DNA from: an uncultured Chloroflexia bacterium
Lineage (GTDB): Bacteria > Chloroflexota > Limnocylindria > Limnocylindrales > CSP1-4
DNA length: 64,000 nucleotides
Assembly (NCBI GenBank): GCA_963713975.1
Contig: OY970218.1
Coordinates: 2,400,001-2,464,000 of the forward strand
Direction: 5' to 3'
Below the pieces are notes generated by a model. The model searched no databases. It was not told the DNA's origin and was given only the letters and a program-made list of their open reading frames with translations. Position numbers and translations under genes: made by a program. Shown here one piece after another: positions 20,839 through 31,600 of the stretch (position 1 is its first letter; each line of letters starts with the position of its first letter).

Positions 20839-22972
20839 TTGCCTCGACCCGCGCATCCCGACGACCTCTACCGGCTTGCTGTTCCCTTCGACCCCCGGCT
20901 GTCGCCCGACGGTCGCTCCGTGGCCTTCACCGTCAAGCGCAGCAGCGTGGGCCGCGACGGCTACCGGCTCGCGGTGTGGCTTGCACCCACGGACGGCACC
21001 GCGGACGCCCGGCAGATCACCATCGGCGCCCGCAGCGACACTCACGCCCGGTTTGCGCCGGACGGCAGGACGCTCGCCTTCCTCTCGGACCGGCGGCTGG
21101 CCGTGGAGGAGGAGCCGGACCGGCCGACCGAGGCGAAGGACCGCGAAGACTGCGTCCAGGTCCACCTGCTGCCGCTCGACGGCGGCGAGGCGCGCCGCCT
21201 GACGGACCTGCCGCGGGGCGTCGAGGACCTCGCGTGGTCACCGGATGGCTCGACGCTCGCCGTGCTGACCAGCTCCCTCGGCGCCACGGCGGACGAGGAG
21301 CGCCGCCGGCGGGGTCGCCCCGCGAAGCCGCAGCCGGGCGAAGCCCCGCTCTCCGACTACCGCTACATCGACCGCCTGGGCTACCAGTACAACGGCGCAG
21401 GATTTCGTGGACGACCACAACACCCACCTGTGGCTGGTGGACGTGGCAACCGGGGCGGCCCGACCGCTGGTAAGTGGACCGTCCGCGGAGTTCGGCCCGG
21501 CATGGTCGCCGGACGGCAGCCGGATCGCCTTTGCCGCCAACAGGCGCCGGGACCCGGATCTCGCCTGGCGTTCCGGCCTGTACGTCGTGGACGTGGCATC
21601 CGGCGCCGTCACAGCGGTCGCCGGCGGGGGCGACGCCGTGTTCACCACGCCCACGTGGAGCCGTGACGGGTCCGCGATCCTGGCTTTGGGCGACCGCTAC
21701 CCGCGGGCTGGATATCGGACCGGGATCTGGCGCTTCGCCGCGGACGGCTCCGATGCGGGATCGGGCGGTGGCACGGACCTGCTGGCCTCGAGCGAGCTCA
21801 AGCCGGACGCCGCGATGAACAGCGACGTCACTCTGGGCGGGGACCCGCGCCTGGTCGCGGCGGCTGACGGCAGGCACGTCCTGTTCACGGCCCCGATCGA
21901 CGGTTCGATGGAGCTGTGGCGGGTCCCGATCACGGGCGGCGGCGACGTGGAGCGCCTCACGGACGATCGCCACTATCTTGCCGGCTGGGACGCCTCGCCC
22001 GCGGCCCGCGGCAAGGGCGACCAGGTTGTCGCCGTGCGATCGGCGGGCGCCCTGCTCCCCGAGGTGGTCGTCCTCGAGGTGCCGGCCAGGGGTCCGGCTT
22101 CGGCGCCGCGCCCGATCACCCACCTGCACGACTCCCTTGCCGCGGAGCTCTCCCTCGTGGAGCCCCTGGAGCGCCGGTGGGAGAGCGACGGCCGCGTGAT
22201 CCAGGGATGGCTGCTGCCGGGCGGCCCGGGCGCTCGACCGCTGGCCCTGGAGATCCACGGTGGACCCCACACCCTGTACGGGTGGTCGCCGATGCTCGAG
22301 TGGCAGATCCTGGCCGGTGCCGGCATCTCCGTCCTGGCTCCCAACCCCCGTGGCTCCGAGGGCTATGGCGAGGCCTTCAACCGCGCGAACCTCGGCGACT
22401 GGGGAGATGGGCCCATGGCCGACGTCGTCGCCGGCGTGGACCAGGCCATCGCCGACGGCCTGGCCGATCCGGACCGCCTGGGCGTCACCGGCGGCTCCTA
22501 CGGCGGCTACCTCACCAACTGGATCGTCGGCAAGAGCGACCGCTTCAAGGCCGCCGTCACCTGTCGCTCCGTCGTGGACATGCGGATGCTGTTCCTCACC
22601 GGGGACATCTCCGGCGGGGAGTGGGCGACAATCGAGTTCGGGAGGCGGCCCTGGGAGGATCCCGCCTACTTCGACTCGATCTCGCCGTTGTCGCTGGCCG
22701 CGAACGTGCACACACCGCTGCTGATCCAGCACAGCGAGCGCGACCTGCGGACCACCGTCGGCCAGGCCGAGGCGCTGTTCACCGTCCTGCGCTCGCTCCG
22801 CCGGCCGGTGCGGTTCATGCGCGTGCCGTCCGAGAGCCACGAGCTGACCCGCGGCGGGAGCCCGTTCCGACGCGCGGAGAACCTGGTCCAGATTCGTGAC
22901 TGGTTCGTCCACTTCCTGGTCAAGGGCGGACGGCGGTTGCCGCGGCCACCCCGCAATCGCGCCGGGCGCTAG
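20839..22972 (+). pseudogene. S9 family peptidase (WD40/TolB propeller plus catalytic domain), split by one frameshift
   Basis: TTG start after GGAGGA; SPDG repeats; HGGPH, NPRGSEGYG, GGSYGG, D(LR) and ESHEL triad motifs. The frame changes at GGATTTCGTG (~21403). This may be a sequencing error. Confidence 0.75.
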
Positions 22973-22980
22973 GCGGCGGG

Positions 22981-24078
22981 ATGCCAACGACCGAGGTCCG
23001 GGGCGGCCTGCCGTTCCTCGTGGTGGAAGGTTCGCACCGCGAGGTCGGCCGCCAGGTCGGGACCGCCACCGAGGAGGTGTGCCGGAAGGCCGTGGCCTTC
23101 GATGCCGCGCTCCCGGCGGGTCGTTCACGGGACGAGCAGCTGGCCCTCGCCGCTCGCTACCGGGACGCGACGGTCGCCGCCACGCCATGGCTTGTGGACG
23201 AGATCGACGGGGCGGCCGAGGGCGCCGGAGTGGACCCGCTCGCGCTGTTCGCCGCCTCGGTCGAGGAGATCTGGTCCGTCCGCCCGTCCCAGGCGACGGC
23301 CGGGGCGCCGGTTGACGGACGCTGCTCGGACCTGGTCGCGGTGCCGCCGGCCACGCCGGATGGCCACGTCTGGGTCGCCCACAACAACGACCTGTCCCCC
23401 GCGTCGGAGGCATCCGTCATCGCCATCGAATGGCACCTGCCGGATGAGCCGGTGGTGCTGTCGCTGGGGATCGGGCCCTGGATCAGCGTGGGCTGGAACG
23501 CCGCGGGGCTCTCGCTGACCGGCAACGAGCTGTCACCCAACGACGAGGTGGTGGGGATCCCGCGGCTGCTGATGGTGCGCGAGCAGCTCACGGCCCGGAC
23601 CCTGGACGAGGCCGTGGCGATGGCCTTCCGCCCGGACCGCGCCTCCTCCTACAACACGGTCTTCGCGCACCGCGACGGGCGGGTCGTGAACGTGGAGGGC
23701 TCGGCAACCGACGCCGAGGTCACGGGACCTGCACCGGCCGGGACGCTGGCCCACACCAACCACTACGCCTGCGACCGGATGCGGCCCTACGAGGGGGACC
23801 CGGCCTACGCCCGGCGGTCCGCGGTCCGGCTCGGGCGCGCGCTGGAGCTCCTGGACGGCCCCGCGGGCGATGGACCCGCTCCGGGATCGATCGGCCCGGA
23901 GCAGCTCGCGGCCTTCCTCGCCGACCACGCCACCAGTCCGTCGATCTGCCGCCACGACGACGGCACGGAGATCTTGGTGACGGTGTTCTGGTGCCTGGCC
24001 GACGTCACCACCGGCGACATCCGGTACGGACGCGGCCCCCGGTGCCGCGGCGAGGAGACCCGCTACCGGTTCGCCTGA
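22981..24078 (+). CDS. C45 family Ntn peptidase / acyltransferase
   Basis: GRCSD nucleophile Cys, AHNND, GWNAAGL..TGNEL and HTNHY motifs. Confidence 0.85.
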   Translation: MPTTEVRGGLPFLVVEGSHREVGRQVGTATEEVCRKAVAFDAALPAGRSRDEQLALAARYRDATVAATPWLVDEIDGAAEGAGVDPLALFAASVEEIWSVRPSQATAGAPVDGRCSDLVAVPPATPDGHVWVAHNNDLSPASEASVIAIEWHLPDEPVVLSLGIGPWISVGWNAAGLSLTGNELSPNDEVVGIPRLLMVREQLTARTLDEAVAMAFRPDRASSYNTVFAHRDGRVVNVEGSATDAEVTGPAPAGTLAHTNHYACDRMRPYEGDPAYARRSAVRLGRALELLDGPAGDGPAPGSIGPEQLAAFLADHATSPSICRHDDGTEILVTVFWCLADVTTGDIRYGRGPRCRGEETRYRFA

Positions 24079-24130
24079 GAACGGCTCGGGTCAGGCCGCA
24101 GGGCCGATCCGAGCCGGTGCCGCGCCCGGA

Positions 24131-25990
24131 TCAGTCCGCGACGGCCGCGACGTCGAGATGCCGGTCCAGTCCTTCGAGCCGCCTGGCCCCGGGGACCGTC
24201 GCGGCAAGGAAGTCCAGCACGATCGCCGTCTGGTGGATGCGCTCGTCGACGTCGAACGAGGCGTGGCCCGTCGCATATGTGTACACGCGTGGCTCCACGC
24301 CCCTTTCCCGCAGGCGCCCGACATAGTTCCACACCTGGCGGATGGGACAGCGGGAGTCGTTCTCGCCGGCCAGGATCAGCAGCGGCGCGTCAACGGCGTC
24401 CACGTAGGTGAGCGGGTTGCGCTCCACGTACAGGTCGGGAACCTCCGTCGGGGACCCGCCGAACAGCGCCCGGTCCAGGGCCTGGAGCATCGGCGCCTCA
24501 TCCTCGTAGGCCGCCATGTAATCGGCGACCGGCACGCCGGCGATGAGCGAGACCCAGCGATCGGGGTGACGGCCGGCTCCCAGCAGGGTGACGTAGCCGC
24601 CCCATGACCACCCGGCGAGCACCGCACGTGCCGGATCCGCGAGCCCGTGTCCAACGAGATCGTCAAGCCCGGCCAGCACGTCCTCGAGCTCGAGAAAGCC
24701 GATGTTGCCGGTCAGCGCGTCCCGCCAGGCCCGGCCGAAGCCCTCGGAGCCCCGGTAGTTGACCATCGCCACCAGGAAGCCGGCGTCGACGTGTGCCTGG
24801 ACGTCGGGTGCCCAGCGATCCATGTCCACGGAGTGCGGGCCGCCGTGGACCCGCATCATCACCGGGTGCGGCCCGTCACCCTCGGGGCGGACGAGGAAGC
24901 CGTGGACGCGCTGCCCGTGCGGGTTCTCGAACCACCAGGTCTCGAACGGCCGGCCAACGGGCGCGTCCGGGCCATCGGGCGCCAGCAGCGGCTCCGATGA
25001 GCCGGTGGCCAGCAGCCGGGCGGGGTGCTCTCCACGGTGCCCGCGATACCAGACCGTTCCGTCGGGACGGACGGCAGCCGCGGTGATCGATCCCTCCTCC
25101 GTCTTGAGGCGCGTCACCGTGCCATCGGCAAGGTCGTAGCGGTAGAGGAGGTGGCGGCCGGCCTCGAGCGCCAGGAGCAGCAGCGCGGAGCCGTCTGGCC
25201 ACCAGCCCACGGGCTCGATGCTGCCGGCGAGGTCCAGCACGAGGTCGGTCAGCTCGCCCGTCCGGGCGTCCCACAGGGCCGGCCGGCGCTCGCCGGTTCG
25301 CTCGTGCGTGATCGCCATCCGCATGTCGCCGACGAGGGGCGAGAACCCGAACCCGGCGAGCTCGCCGCCGGCGTCCTTGAGCTCGGCGATCGTGTCACCG
25401 GTGGACGCGTCGATCGAACGCAGGGACGGGTGCAGGACATCGCCGTCCTCCATCACCTCGAGCACCAGGACGGCGTCGTCCGCGGACAGCGCACCACGGT
25501 CGACGGCACCGGACAGGCCCCAGCCGCCGGCGAGCCGCACCGGCTGCGCATGCCGGTGCAGGAGGCGCACGTCGTCCCCATCGTCGGAGACCCAGATCGA
25601 GAACTCCTCCTCCGTGCTCACGCCGGCGACGACGCGTCGGCGCCCGATCGCGAGACCCTCGCTCCAGCCCTCGGGCAGGCCGGTGAGCAGCGGCTCCGGC
25701 CCGGCATCCTCGTCGAACGGCGCGATCACGTAGGTGCCGGTCTCCGCCCCGGTCTCGTCGCGGAACCAGACGACGCCGGTCCCGTCCCGGGTCGGGCGCC
25801 CCTCGAGGACACCGACGGCGTCGAACGTGACCTGGCGCCGTCTCCCGGAGCGGCGGTCCCAGGCGTGGAGCTGGTAGGAGCCGCTCTCGGTGGAGGCGAC
25901 GACGAGCCGGTCGGGGTCATCGGCGGCCCAGGCGGGGAAGGACAGGATCGGAGCGCGGAACCGCTGCTCCCACGTGGGGTGATCAGGCAT
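24131..25990 (-). CDS. S9 family prolyl oligopeptidase / acylaminoacyl peptidase
   Basis: HGGPH, NYRGSEGFG, GWSWGG, NDSRCP and GH triad motifs. Confidence 0.9.
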   Translation of the reverse strand: MPDHPTWEQRFRAPILSFPAWAADDPDRLVVASTESGSYQLHAWDRRSGRRRQVTFDAVGVLEGRPTRDGTGVVWFRDETGAETGTYVIAPFDEDAGPEPLLTGLPEGWSEGLAIGRRRVVAGVSTEEEFSIWVSDDGDDVRLLHRHAQPVRLAGGWGLSGAVDRGALSADDAVLVLEVMEDGDVLHPSLRSIDASTGDTIAELKDAGGELAGFGFSPLVGDMRMAITHERTGERRPALWDARTGELTDLVLDLAGSIEPVGWWPDGSALLLLALEAGRHLLYRYDLADGTVTRLKTEEGSITAAAVRPDGTVWYRGHRGEHPARLLATGSSEPLLAPDGPDAPVGRPFETWWFENPHGQRVHGFLVRPEGDGPHPVMMRVHGGPHSVDMDRWAPDVQAHVDAGFLVAMVNYRGSEGFGRAWRDALTGNIGFLELEDVLAGLDDLVGHGLADPARAVLAGWSWGGYVTLLGAGRHPDRWVSLIAGVPVADYMAAYEDEAPMLQALDRALFGGSPTEVPDLYVERNPLTYVDAVDAPLLILAGENDSRCPIRQVWNYVGRLRERGVEPRVYTYATGHASFDVDERIHQTAIVLDFLAATVPGARRLEGLDRHLDVAAVAD

Positions 25991-26130
25991 GCGTGGGAGG
26001 GTAGCGCGCGCGGCTCACCGCGCGCTGCCGGACCCGGCGCGCGGGACGCGTTGGGGGTCTAGCGCGACGTGGCGGTGGTCCAGTTTGACGTGGCGCCCGG
26101 TCGCGCGCCTCGTCAGCGGTCCGTGCCTGG

Positions 26131-26619
26131 TCAGCGCCCCACCACCAGACGGGCCCAGGTGAGCAGGTCCACGGCCGGCAGGGCGTCCAGGTCCTCGAGC
26201 GGGATCCAGGCCGCCGTGTCGGTCGAGCCATCGTGCTCGTCGCGGAGCTCCCCGCCCGTCACGGTACCGCGGTACAGGATCCCTACCGTCTGGACCCGGT
26301 GCCCGCTCACGGTCTCGGCAGGCTCCAGGACGGCGGAGCGGACCGCGACCAGCTCCCCGAGCCGGATCGACAGGCCGGTCTCCTCGAGCACCTCACGGAC
26401 CACGCCGTCGGCGGGGTCCTCGGCGAAGTCAAGCCCACCGCCGGGCGGGGTCCACATCCCGGCGCCCGGCCCTGTCGGGATGATCCGGGACAGCAGGACC
26501 CGGCCGTCCTGCTCGCACCACGCATAGGCACCCAGCCTGACCCGCTGGACGGCCCCATCGCCGCCGAGGAAGTGGCGCGGCAGCGCCGGGAGGGGCAGGC
26601 CCTCGGCGTCGCCGGTCAC
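26131..26619 (-). CDS. NUDIX hydrolase
   Basis: Nudix box PGGGLDFAEDPADGVVREVLEETG; start estimated at GTG 26619. Confidence 0.85.
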   Translation of the reverse strand: MTGDAEGLPLPALPRHFLGGDGAVQRVRLGAYAWCEQDGRVLLSRIIPTGPGAGMWTPPGGGLDFAEDPADGVVREVLEETGLSIRLGELVAVRSAVLEPAETVSGHRVQTVGILYRGTVTGGELRDEHDGSTDTAAWIPLEDLDALPAVDLLTWARLVVGR

Positions 26620-26707
26620 GGGAGCGGATTGGCGGGCTGGTCCATCACCACCGAGGGTAGCGGACGACGGCCACCGCGGGTCACGGGCCGCTGCGATAAT
26701 CGCCGGC

Positions 26708-27676
26708 ATGACCACCGGACCCGGCCCCACCCCGAATGGTGCCGTGCCGCCCCTGATCGTCGTCGCCGGCGACGCCCTCGTGGATCTCATCGTCCGACCC
26801 GATGGCAGGATCGTCCCGGTTGGTGGTGGCGGGCCCTACAACTCGGTGCGGGCGATCGCGCGGCTGGGCGTGCCCACGGCCTGGGTCGGCGGCCTGTCGT
26901 CGGACCGGTTCGGACACATGCTGGAGGAGGGCCTGGTGGCCGACGGGGTGGAGCTGGACCTGGTGCAACGCACGGACCTGCCGACCACGCTGGCCCTGGC
27001 GGAGCTTGGCGATGACGGCAGTGCGGCCTACCGCTTCTACACGGAGCAGACGTCCGCGCCGGCCGTCCTTCCCGGACCGCTCGCGGGCGGCCTGCCGGCC
27101 TCGACCCGGGCGGTGCTGACGGGGACGCTGGGCCTGGTGCTGGAGCCGATGGCGACCACGCTCGAGGCATGGGTCGCGGGCCTCCCACCCGACGTCCTCG
27201 TGATGGTCGATCCCAACGCGCGCCCGACGCTGATCACGGATCCCGGGGCCTGGCGTGCGCGCGTGTCGCGGGTGATCGCCCGCGCCGACATCGTCAAGGC
27301 CAGCGCCGAGGACCTGGAGTTCCTGCGGCCGGGCGAGACGCTGGAGCAGGCGATCGCCTGGGTGAGGACGCACGGCCCGACCGTCGTGCTCGTGACCGAT
27401 GGTGGCCGACCCGTGACCGTCCGCGTTGGCGACACGATCGAGCACGTGACGGCGCCACGGGTCGACGTCGTGGACACGGTCGGGGCCGGGGACACCTTCG
27501 GGGGTGCGTTCCTGGCCTGCCTGGTCCACGAGGAGATCGGGCGCGAGGGCCTGGAGGACCCGGCACCCGTGCTTCGGGCCGCCAGGTTCGCGGTCCGCGC
27601 GTCGGCCGTCGTCTGCGAGCGGGCCGGGGCAAACCCGCCAACCCTCGCCGAGCTCGGTGGCTGGCCCTCGGCCTGA
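26708..27676 (+). CDS. PfkB family carbohydrate kinase (fructokinase-like)
   Basis: GGGPYN, DPNARP, VKASAEDL and DTVGAGDTF motifs. Confidence 0.9.
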   Translation: MTTGPGPTPNGAVPPLIVVAGDALVDLIVRPDGRIVPVGGGGPYNSVRAIARLGVPTAWVGGLSSDRFGHMLEEGLVADGVELDLVQRTDLPTTLALAELGDDGSAAYRFYTEQTSAPAVLPGPLAGGLPASTRAVLTGTLGLVLEPMATTLEAWVAGLPPDVLVMVDPNARPTLITDPGAWRARVSRVIARADIVKASAEDLEFLRPGETLEQAIAWVRTHGPTVVLVTDGGRPVTVRVGDTIEHVTAPRVDVVDTVGAGDTFGGAFLACLVHEEIGREGLEDPAPVLRAARFAVRASAVVCERAGANPPTLAELGGWPSA

Positions 27677-27730
27677 GTGCTCGGCCTGTGGCCGCCCGTG
27701 GCGATCGGAGGCACCATAGAGGTGACCCAC

Positions 27731-28771
27731 ATGCCCGAGCCCAACTCTGAGGACCCGATGCCCGCCCTGACCCTTGGCTACAAGGCCTCCGCCGAGCAGT
27801 TCCCGCCGCTGCGCCTGCTCGATCTCGCCGTCGCGGCGGAGAACGCCGGCTTCGACTCCGTCTGGACCAGCGACCACTTCCAGCCCTGGCGCCACACCGA
27901 CGGCCACGCCCCCAACGCGCTGGCCTGGCTGGGTGCCGCCACGCAGGCCACGAAGCGCGTCGTGCTGGGCACGAGCGTCCTCACGCCGTCGTTCCGGTAC
28001 AACCCGGCGATCGTGGCCCAGGCGTTCGCGACCCTCGGCTGCCTGGCTCCCGGTCGCGTGATCCTGGGCGTGGGCACCGGCGAGTCGATGAACGAGGTCC
28101 CGGTGGGCGTGGACTGGCCCGAGCAGAGCGAGCGGTTCGCCCGCCTGCGCGAGTCTGTAACCCTTATCCAGGCCCTGACGGCGCCGGGCGCCGAGTTCGT
28201 GGACTTCGACGGCCAGTTCTACCGGACCCACGAGGCGACGATCTACGACAAACCGGAGACGCCCGTGCCCGTGTACATCGCGGCCTCGGGACCGGCCGCG
28301 GCCCGCCTGGCCGGACGGATCGGCGACGGCTTCATCTGTACCTCGGGCAAGGGCGCGGAGCTGTACACCGACACCCTGCTGCCGGCGCTCGCCGAGGGAG
28401 CGGAGAAGGCGGGCCGCGACGCGTCCTCGCTCGACCGGATGATCGAGATGAAGGTGTCGTTCGATCTCGACCTCGCCAGGGCGATGGAGGACACCAAGAT
28501 CTGGGCAGCCCTCGCGCTGTCGGGCGAGCAGAAGATGGGCATCCACGATCCCAGGGACCTGGAGATCGCGGCGAAGGAGGCCGAGCCGTACGCTCACCGG
28601 CGCTGGCTGGTCTCCTCCGACCCGGAGGAGCACGTCGAGCAGATCGCGCCGTACCTCGAGTATGGCTTCACCCACCTCGTGTTCCACTTCCCGGGTCCGG
28701 ACCAGGAGGCGGCGATCGCCCGCTACGGCGAGGTCATCCTGCCGCGGCTGCGCGCCCGGTTCGGCCGATGA
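27731..28771 (+). CDS. fgd: F420-dependent glucose/sugar-6-phosphate dehydrogenase
   Basis: LGYKASAEQF, SDHFQPWRH, GTSVLTP.FRY.PA, GTGE..NE, ICTSGKG and HLVFH motifs characteristic of Fgd. Confidence 0.9.
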   Translation: MPEPNSEDPMPALTLGYKASAEQFPPLRLLDLAVAAENAGFDSVWTSDHFQPWRHTDGHAPNALAWLGAATQATKRVVLGTSVLTPSFRYNPAIVAQAFATLGCLAPGRVILGVGTGESMNEVPVGVDWPEQSERFARLRESVTLIQALTAPGAEFVDFDGQFYRTHEATIYDKPETPVPVYIAASGPAAARLAGRIGDGFICTSGKGAELYTDTLLPALAEGAEKAGRDASSLDRMIEMKVSFDLDLARAMEDTKIWAALALSGEQKMGIHDPRDLEIAAKEAEPYAHRRWLVSSDPEEHVEQIAPYLEYGFTHLVFHFPGPDQEAAIARYGEVILPRLRARFGR

Positions 28772-29253
28772 CGGGCGCCGGCCGGTTTCCCACCCCCGCG
28801 GAGCTCCTCGAGCAGGAGGAGCGGCTGGTGCTCCCGTCGCTGTCCGAGGCGGACGCGATCGCCATCGGGCAGTGGCTGCTGGACCGCGCGAACGAGCGCG
28901 GGCTCACGGTGGCCATCGAGATCTGGCGCGGCGCACGACTCGTGTTCCGCGCGGCACGGCCGGGGACCAACGCCCACAACGACCTCTATCTCGCGGGCAA
29001 GCGGCGGGTCGTGGAGCACTTCGGTCACTCGAGCTTCCACGAGCGTCTCAGGCATCAGGCGGCCGGCACGACCTTCGCGGAGGCGACGTCGTTCCAGTTT
29101 CCCGAGTACGCGCCCCACGGCGGCGGGTTCCCGCTGATCGTCGCCGGCACGGGGCCTGTCGGCGTCGCGCTCGTCTCGGGCCTGCCCCAGGAGCAGGATC
29201 ACGCCCTCATCGTGGAGGCGCTCGAGGCGTTCCTCGCGGCCCGGCCCGGCTGA
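28768..29253 (+). CDS. Heme-degrading-domain protein (UPF0303/DUF336-like)
   Basis: HGGGFPL and VSGLPQEQDH motifs; ATGA-coupled to fgd. Confidence 0.82.
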   Translation: MTGAGRFPTPAELLEQEERLVLPSLSEADAIAIGQWLLDRANERGLTVAIEIWRGARLVFRAARPGTNAHNDLYLAGKRRVVEHFGHSSFHERLRHQAAGTTFAEATSFQFPEYAPHGGGFPLIVAGTGPVGVALVSGLPQEQDHALIVEALEAFLAARPG

Positions 29254-29263
29254 GCCCGCGAGC

Positions 29264-30283
29264 CTATCGGGCCTGGGCGGCCTCGGCGGCGATCTCGGCA
29301 TCCGCATCCGGGACGGGACCAATCGCCGGGTCTGGCATGGGGTCCATCGCCGGTTCCAGTTCGATGACCGATCGTCCGCGGCGGTCACGGACCTGGCGCA
29401 TCGCCGCGCCGCTGTTCACCAGCGCGATGCCGGCGATCACCAGCGCGGTCCCCGCGAGACGGTTGATCGTGATCGGCTCGTCCAGCACGACGGCGCCCAG
29501 CAGGATGCCGACCACGGGGAGCAGGTACGCGACCATGGAGGTGCGGGTTGCGCCCCAGTGCTGCAGCAGCGTGAAGTAGCACAGGTAGGCGAAGCCGGAA
29601 CCCAGGATGCCCAGCCAGATCACGGCAACGATCGCCGAGGGCGTGGGTGAGACGGTCGTGAACGGTCGGTCCACCAGGATCGCCAGCGGCACCACGATAA
29701 GCGCCGCGAACAGGACCTGGAACAGCGCCGGGATCATGGGTCGGAGCCCGTGGACGTTGCGTCGCGAGTAGACGTTGCCGATCCCATAGCAGATCGACGA
29801 GCCCAGCATCATCAGCTCGCCGGAGAGGTCCGAGTCGCTGAGATTCACGAGGTCCGGGGCAACGAGCATGATGACGCCCGCGAAGCCCACCGCCAGGCCC
29901 GCGATCCGGGGCAGCGTGATCTTCTCGTCGGGGAGGAACATCGGCGCCAGCACGATCACGGTGAGGGGCACCGTCGCGTTGAGGATGGACGCGAGCGCGG
30001 AATCGATCGACTGCTCGCCGACGGTGATCAGGGTGAACGGCAGCACGATGTTGACGACCGCCATCACGAACAGGTGGCCGTACATCCGCGGGCTGCGCGG
30101 CAGCTCCTGGCGCGCCAGCGCGACGACCACCGCGAGGAACAGGCCACCGAGCACCAGGCGCCCGGCGATCAGCGTCAGCGGCGGCAGGCTCTCCAGCCCG
30201 ATCTTGATCCACAGGTACGAGGAGCCCCAGAAGAACCCCAGGGCGATGAAGACCGCCCAGTACCAGGAGTCGCTGCGCTGCAT
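29264..30283 (-). CDS. EamA/DMT family transporter
   Basis: WGSSYLWIK, SALASILNATVP and YLLPVVG motifs; about 10 TM helices. Confidence 0.9.
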   Translation of the reverse strand: MQRSDSWYWAVFIALGFFWGSSYLWIKIGLESLPPLTLIAGRLVLGGLFLAVVVALARQELPRSPRMYGHLFVMAVVNIVLPFTLITVGEQSIDSALASILNATVPLTVIVLAPMFLPDEKITLPRIAGLAVGFAGVIMLVAPDLVNLSDSDLSGELMMLGSSICYGIGNVYSRRNVHGLRPMIPALFQVLFAALIVVPLAILVDRPFTTVSPTPSAIVAVIWLGILGSGFAYLCYFTLLQHWGATRTSMVAYLLPVVGILLGAVVLDEPITINRLAGTALVIAGIALVNSGAAMRQVRDRRGRSVIELEPAMDPMPDPAIGPVPDADAEIAAEAAQAR

Positions 30284-30388
30284 CGCGGGATGATATCGGT
30301 GGTTGGCTTACCCCGATGGGCCAATCGGTCCTGCCTCCCGTGTGACGATGGGCCGCGACCGTCCGCCCGGGCGGGTACGCTTGCGGGC

Positions 30389-31600
30389 ATGATCCGGCCC
30401 CCTCCGGACCCCGACGCCTCATCCCTTGCCCGGGACCCGGCCGCGCTTGCCGCGCGCCTCGTGGCCATCGACCCGGAGGCCGCCGCGCGTCCCGCGGACA
30501 TCCGCATCGTCCACGCACCCGGGCGGGTCAACCTGATCGGCGAGCACACGGACTACAACGAGGGATACGTGCTCCCGGTGGCGATCGACCTGGGAATCGC
30601 GATCGGGGTCCTGCCGACGACCGACCGGAGGGTGACCGTGACGCTCGCTGCGACCGGCGAGACGCTCGGCTTCGATCTCGACGCCATTGGTTCGCGGAGG
30701 GGCGCCTGGATCGACTACGTCGCAGGTGCCGCCTGGGCGCTGGCGGAGACAGGCGTCGCCATGCAGGGCTTCCGGGGGGTGCTGGCCTCGGACCTTCCCC
30801 AAGGGTCCGGGCTCTCCAGCTCCGCCGCCCTCGAGCTGGCGTCCTCGCTGGCGTTGTGCGGCGGCGATCTGCCGCCGCTGGACCGGATGACCCTGGCTCG
30901 GACGGCGCAGCGGGCCGAGAACGGCTATGTCGGCGTCAACTGCGGCCTGATGGACCAGTTCGCCTCGGCGTTCGGCGAGGCAGGGCACGCCCTGCTGCTC
31001 GACTGCCGGACACTCGACCATCGTTCGATCCCGATGGCCGATCCCGACCTCGCGCTGGTGGCCTGCCATTCGGGCTCGCCCCGCAAGCTGGAATCGTCCG
31101 CGTACAACGAGCGCCGGTCCCAGTGCGAGGCGGCCGTGGCGGCCATCGCGGACGCGGAGCCCAGGGTCACGGCGCTGCGGGACGTGACCCCAGCGATGCT
31201 CGAGGCCGCCCGGTCCCGGATGGACCCGATCGTCGCGGCCCGCGCGGAGCACATCGTCCACGAGAACGACCGGGTGCTGGCGGCCGTCGCCGCCTTCGAG
31301 GCCGGTGACCTGGACACCGTGGGGCGTCTGTTCTACGCGAGTCACGCCTCGATGCGGGACCTGTTCGGGATCAGCAGCCCTGAGCTTGACGCCCTGGTCG
31401 AGATCGCCGCGGGCGTCGAGGGGGTCATCGGCGCCCGGCTCACCGGCGGCGGGTTCGGCGGCTGCACCATCAACCTGGTCCGCCGCGAGGCCGTGCCCGC
31501 CCTCCGCGAGGCCGTCATGCGCGACTACCCGCACCGGACCGGTCTGACGCCGCGCGTGTTCGAGGTGGCGGCGTCGCCCGGCGCCCGCCGCATCGCCTGA
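30389..31600 (+). CDS. galK: Galactokinase
   Basis: APGRVNLIGEHTDYNEG, PQGSGLSSSAA, CGLMDQ and GARLTGGGFGGC motifs. Confidence 0.96.
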   Translation: MIRPPPDPDASSLARDPAALAARLVAIDPEAAARPADIRIVHAPGRVNLIGEHTDYNEGYVLPVAIDLGIAIGVLPTTDRRVTVTLAATGETLGFDLDAIGSRRGAWIDYVAGAAWALAETGVAMQGFRGVLASDLPQGSGLSSSAALELASSLALCGGDLPPLDRMTLARTAQRAENGYVGVNCGLMDQFASAFGEAGHALLLDCRTLDHRSIPMADPDLALVACHSGSPRKLESSAYNERRSQCEAAVAAIADAEPRVTALRDVTPAMLEAARSRMDPIVAARAEHIVHENDRVLAAVAAFEAGDLDTVGRLFYASHASMRDLFGISSPELDALVEIAAGVEGVIGARLTGGGFGGCTINLVRREAVPALREAVMRDYPHRTGLTPRVFEVAASPGARRIA

